64,000 nucleotides of DNA from Azolla caroliniana (lineage: Eukaryota > Plantae > Polypodiophyta): assembly GCA_043228905.1 (NCBI GenBank), contig JBHGNT010000009.1, forward strand, positions 2,418,001 through 2,482,000. Direction: 5' to 3'. This document shows, one piece after another, positions 62,002 to 64,000 of this stretch; position 1 is the first letter of the stretch, and every line of letters begins with the position of its first letter. The notes beneath the pieces were generated by a model. The model worked only from the letters and a program-made list of their open reading frames with translations, had not been told where the DNA came from and did not search any database. The position numbers and the translations under genes are program-made.

Positions 62002-63606
62002 TGATAGGGTGTATAAGATAGATGATAGTCGTACACAATATGAGGGCTTGATCAAACCGATTAGATGGAGTTGTGAATTATAATAGATTATATAGATCTA
62101 GGTAACTACGATTTAGACAAGAAAACTCAAGAAATTAAGATAAAAGGTAGGGAAGATGAGAAAGAGATAAGAATGTTATAATATTCTACTTCAAATCAAT
62201 ACAAAGAGGATAAACTCCACAATGAACTTAAAAACCAAAGACCTTCTTACTACCCATCATTCCTAAGAACCATCTTCTTCCACTAAGATACCTCCTCCTA
62301 ACACCCCTCCTCTATTAGGATCATAGATTGACACATGCGTGATATTCGCCATATTCTCCATGCGTGATATTCTCAATATTCGAGAATACAAAATGGCCCT
62401 AAGAATATTTAAAAACCATTCGTTTTGTAAAATAAATATACAAACAATTAATTAATTAATTAATTTAAAAATAAATAAATTTAATTCACTAAAAAAAAGA
62501 ACAATTATTCATTAATAATTTATAAAAATATGATTAGTATAAACTCTCCTTTCTAGTGTCAAATAAAAAAAGAGGAGAGTTTATGAACCTTTATTTTATT
62601 TAAATAATTGATTTTTTTATTTAAAAAAAACGAATATTTTTTTATTTACTATGAAAACATGATTAATGTGAAGTCTCAATTTTAATGTCACGTAAAAATA
62701 TCCATAAATTTTGGGAAAAGAAAAGGTGAAGAATTAATGAACCTTTCTTTTATTTTATTTATTTATTAAAAATAAAGCGAAAATTTATTTTATTTTATTT
62801 ATTTATTTGGTAAAGAATCAAGATCTCCAATGAAAATTTATTACTGTCAAGTCTCTCTCAACTCTCTATTTTATTATCCCCTTTTTATTGTCAAGTCCCC
62901 CTTTTTTTCCTAAGAAACTAAAAGGAGGGAGTTCACCTCCTTTTTTTTACTTTTTTTTTTAAACGAATACTTGACCACACGAATGTATGCGTATTCGTTT
63001 GCATTCGAATGGAAAATCCCACGAATGCGAATATGTCAATCTATGATTAGGATCCTCTTCTAAGACAATCACTTTCTCTTTTATAATTTTCTTCTTCTTC
63101 CTCGTTCACGCTATTTTTAGAAGCTTTTTATCTCCTATTTTAGCTAAGACCCAACGACCTTCTAATTTAGTGATTTAAAAAGATATAGATAGCTCTCTTT
63201 ACAAGCTTTCTAACCCATATTTAAACATAATATTTGGGTGAAAAACGAAGGAGTTATGACCATTCCTTTTTACTGATTTTTTTAATTCGCTTTTTCTCTT
63301 TTTAGTTTTCTCTTGGTCTCTTACTTTTACTTTTGACTTCTTCCTAAGGTCTTGGTTCGTGTTCTTAGCCTCCAAATGTGAATTATCCATACTTTATATT
63401 CTTCTAATGTTCAATGGCTTAGATTCTAAAAACACTTTCACATTTAGCCCTCCCCCTTGCTATGACGAAGCACTTAATGGTAGTACTTAACAAACGAAAA
63501 GCTCTCTCGCCAATCTCTTGGCTATAGACAATGAGAGAGATATAATAAAAAAGAAAATAAAAAGATGTGAGTAAAACCCCCGCTAATCGGTAGGAAAAAC
63601 CTCACA
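62002..63606. mobile_element. Possible AT-rich LTR or other insertion truncating the Tcn1-like element
   Basis: Abrupt break of integrase at TGATAGGG and a CTCACA end; no matching TSD seen. Confidence 0.3.
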
Positions 63607-63739
63607 CTTCTAAACACACACACACACACACACACATTGACAATTGCCATCACCATCTTTCTCCTTGTCAACACAAAGAAAGAGGTTACTACAGTTATTA
63701 TGTCTTTCTCCATACACAAGTAGGGCCATGGGATACATA

Positions 63740-64000
63740 ACTCTTGATAGAAGTAAGCATGTCAACATATAAATGAATCTTTCAAGTGAGCAAACCTTTT
63801 GCACAAATACCTTCAAAGCTTCGAGACTTGTTGGAATGATCATCTTTTGAATTACGTTGATCTTTGAATTATCCACATCTTCTTGGCACAACACATTGTC
63901 CACACTACCTTGTTTTGTATAAATGACCATTTGATCTACAATCTCATCTCGGAAAGGAAGTGAAATTTGATCTCGTTTGGTCGAATCATTCAAGGGTTTG
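63740..64000 (-). pseudogene. Highly decayed Gypsy RT fragment
   Basis: NDSTKRDQISLPFRDEIVD resembles RT N-terminal motif LNxATKRDHFPLP. Confidence 0.5.

Overview
Plant nuclear DNA, probably from a seedless land plant such as a fern, lycophyte or bryophyte (inferred from the retrotransposon types). Positions 1-48 kb and 55-64 kb are a deeply nested island of LTR retrotransposons. Family names A-F are my own labels. (i) Gypsy group A/B has a tRNA-Trp PBS, 4-bp CG-centred TSDs, a DHG protease and a gag-pro/pol -1 frameshift; one copy (33722-41011) looks intact and young. (ii) Non-chromovirus Gypsy family C carries an extra ~945-codon ORF. (iii) Tork/Tnt1-like Copia copies D1 and D2. (iv) Other Copia fragments and a decayed Tcn1-like Gypsy. 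The only convincing host gene is a single-ORF DUF761 (cotton-fibre-expressed) family gene at 52472-53548. The most unusual signals are: (1) element C1 has a tRNA-Arg 3'-end sequence where the polypurine tract should be, suggesting both cDNA strands could be tRNA-primed; (2) several diverged LTRs carry an antisense tRNA-derived A-box/B-box module with constant spacing; (3) a GGATTTT slippery site plus a covarying pseudoknot is conserved in four copies; (4) every well-preserved A/B target site is centred on CpG. All alignments and coordinates were done by eye, and tRNA identities are from memory of angiosperm tRNAs, so they need computational confirmation.
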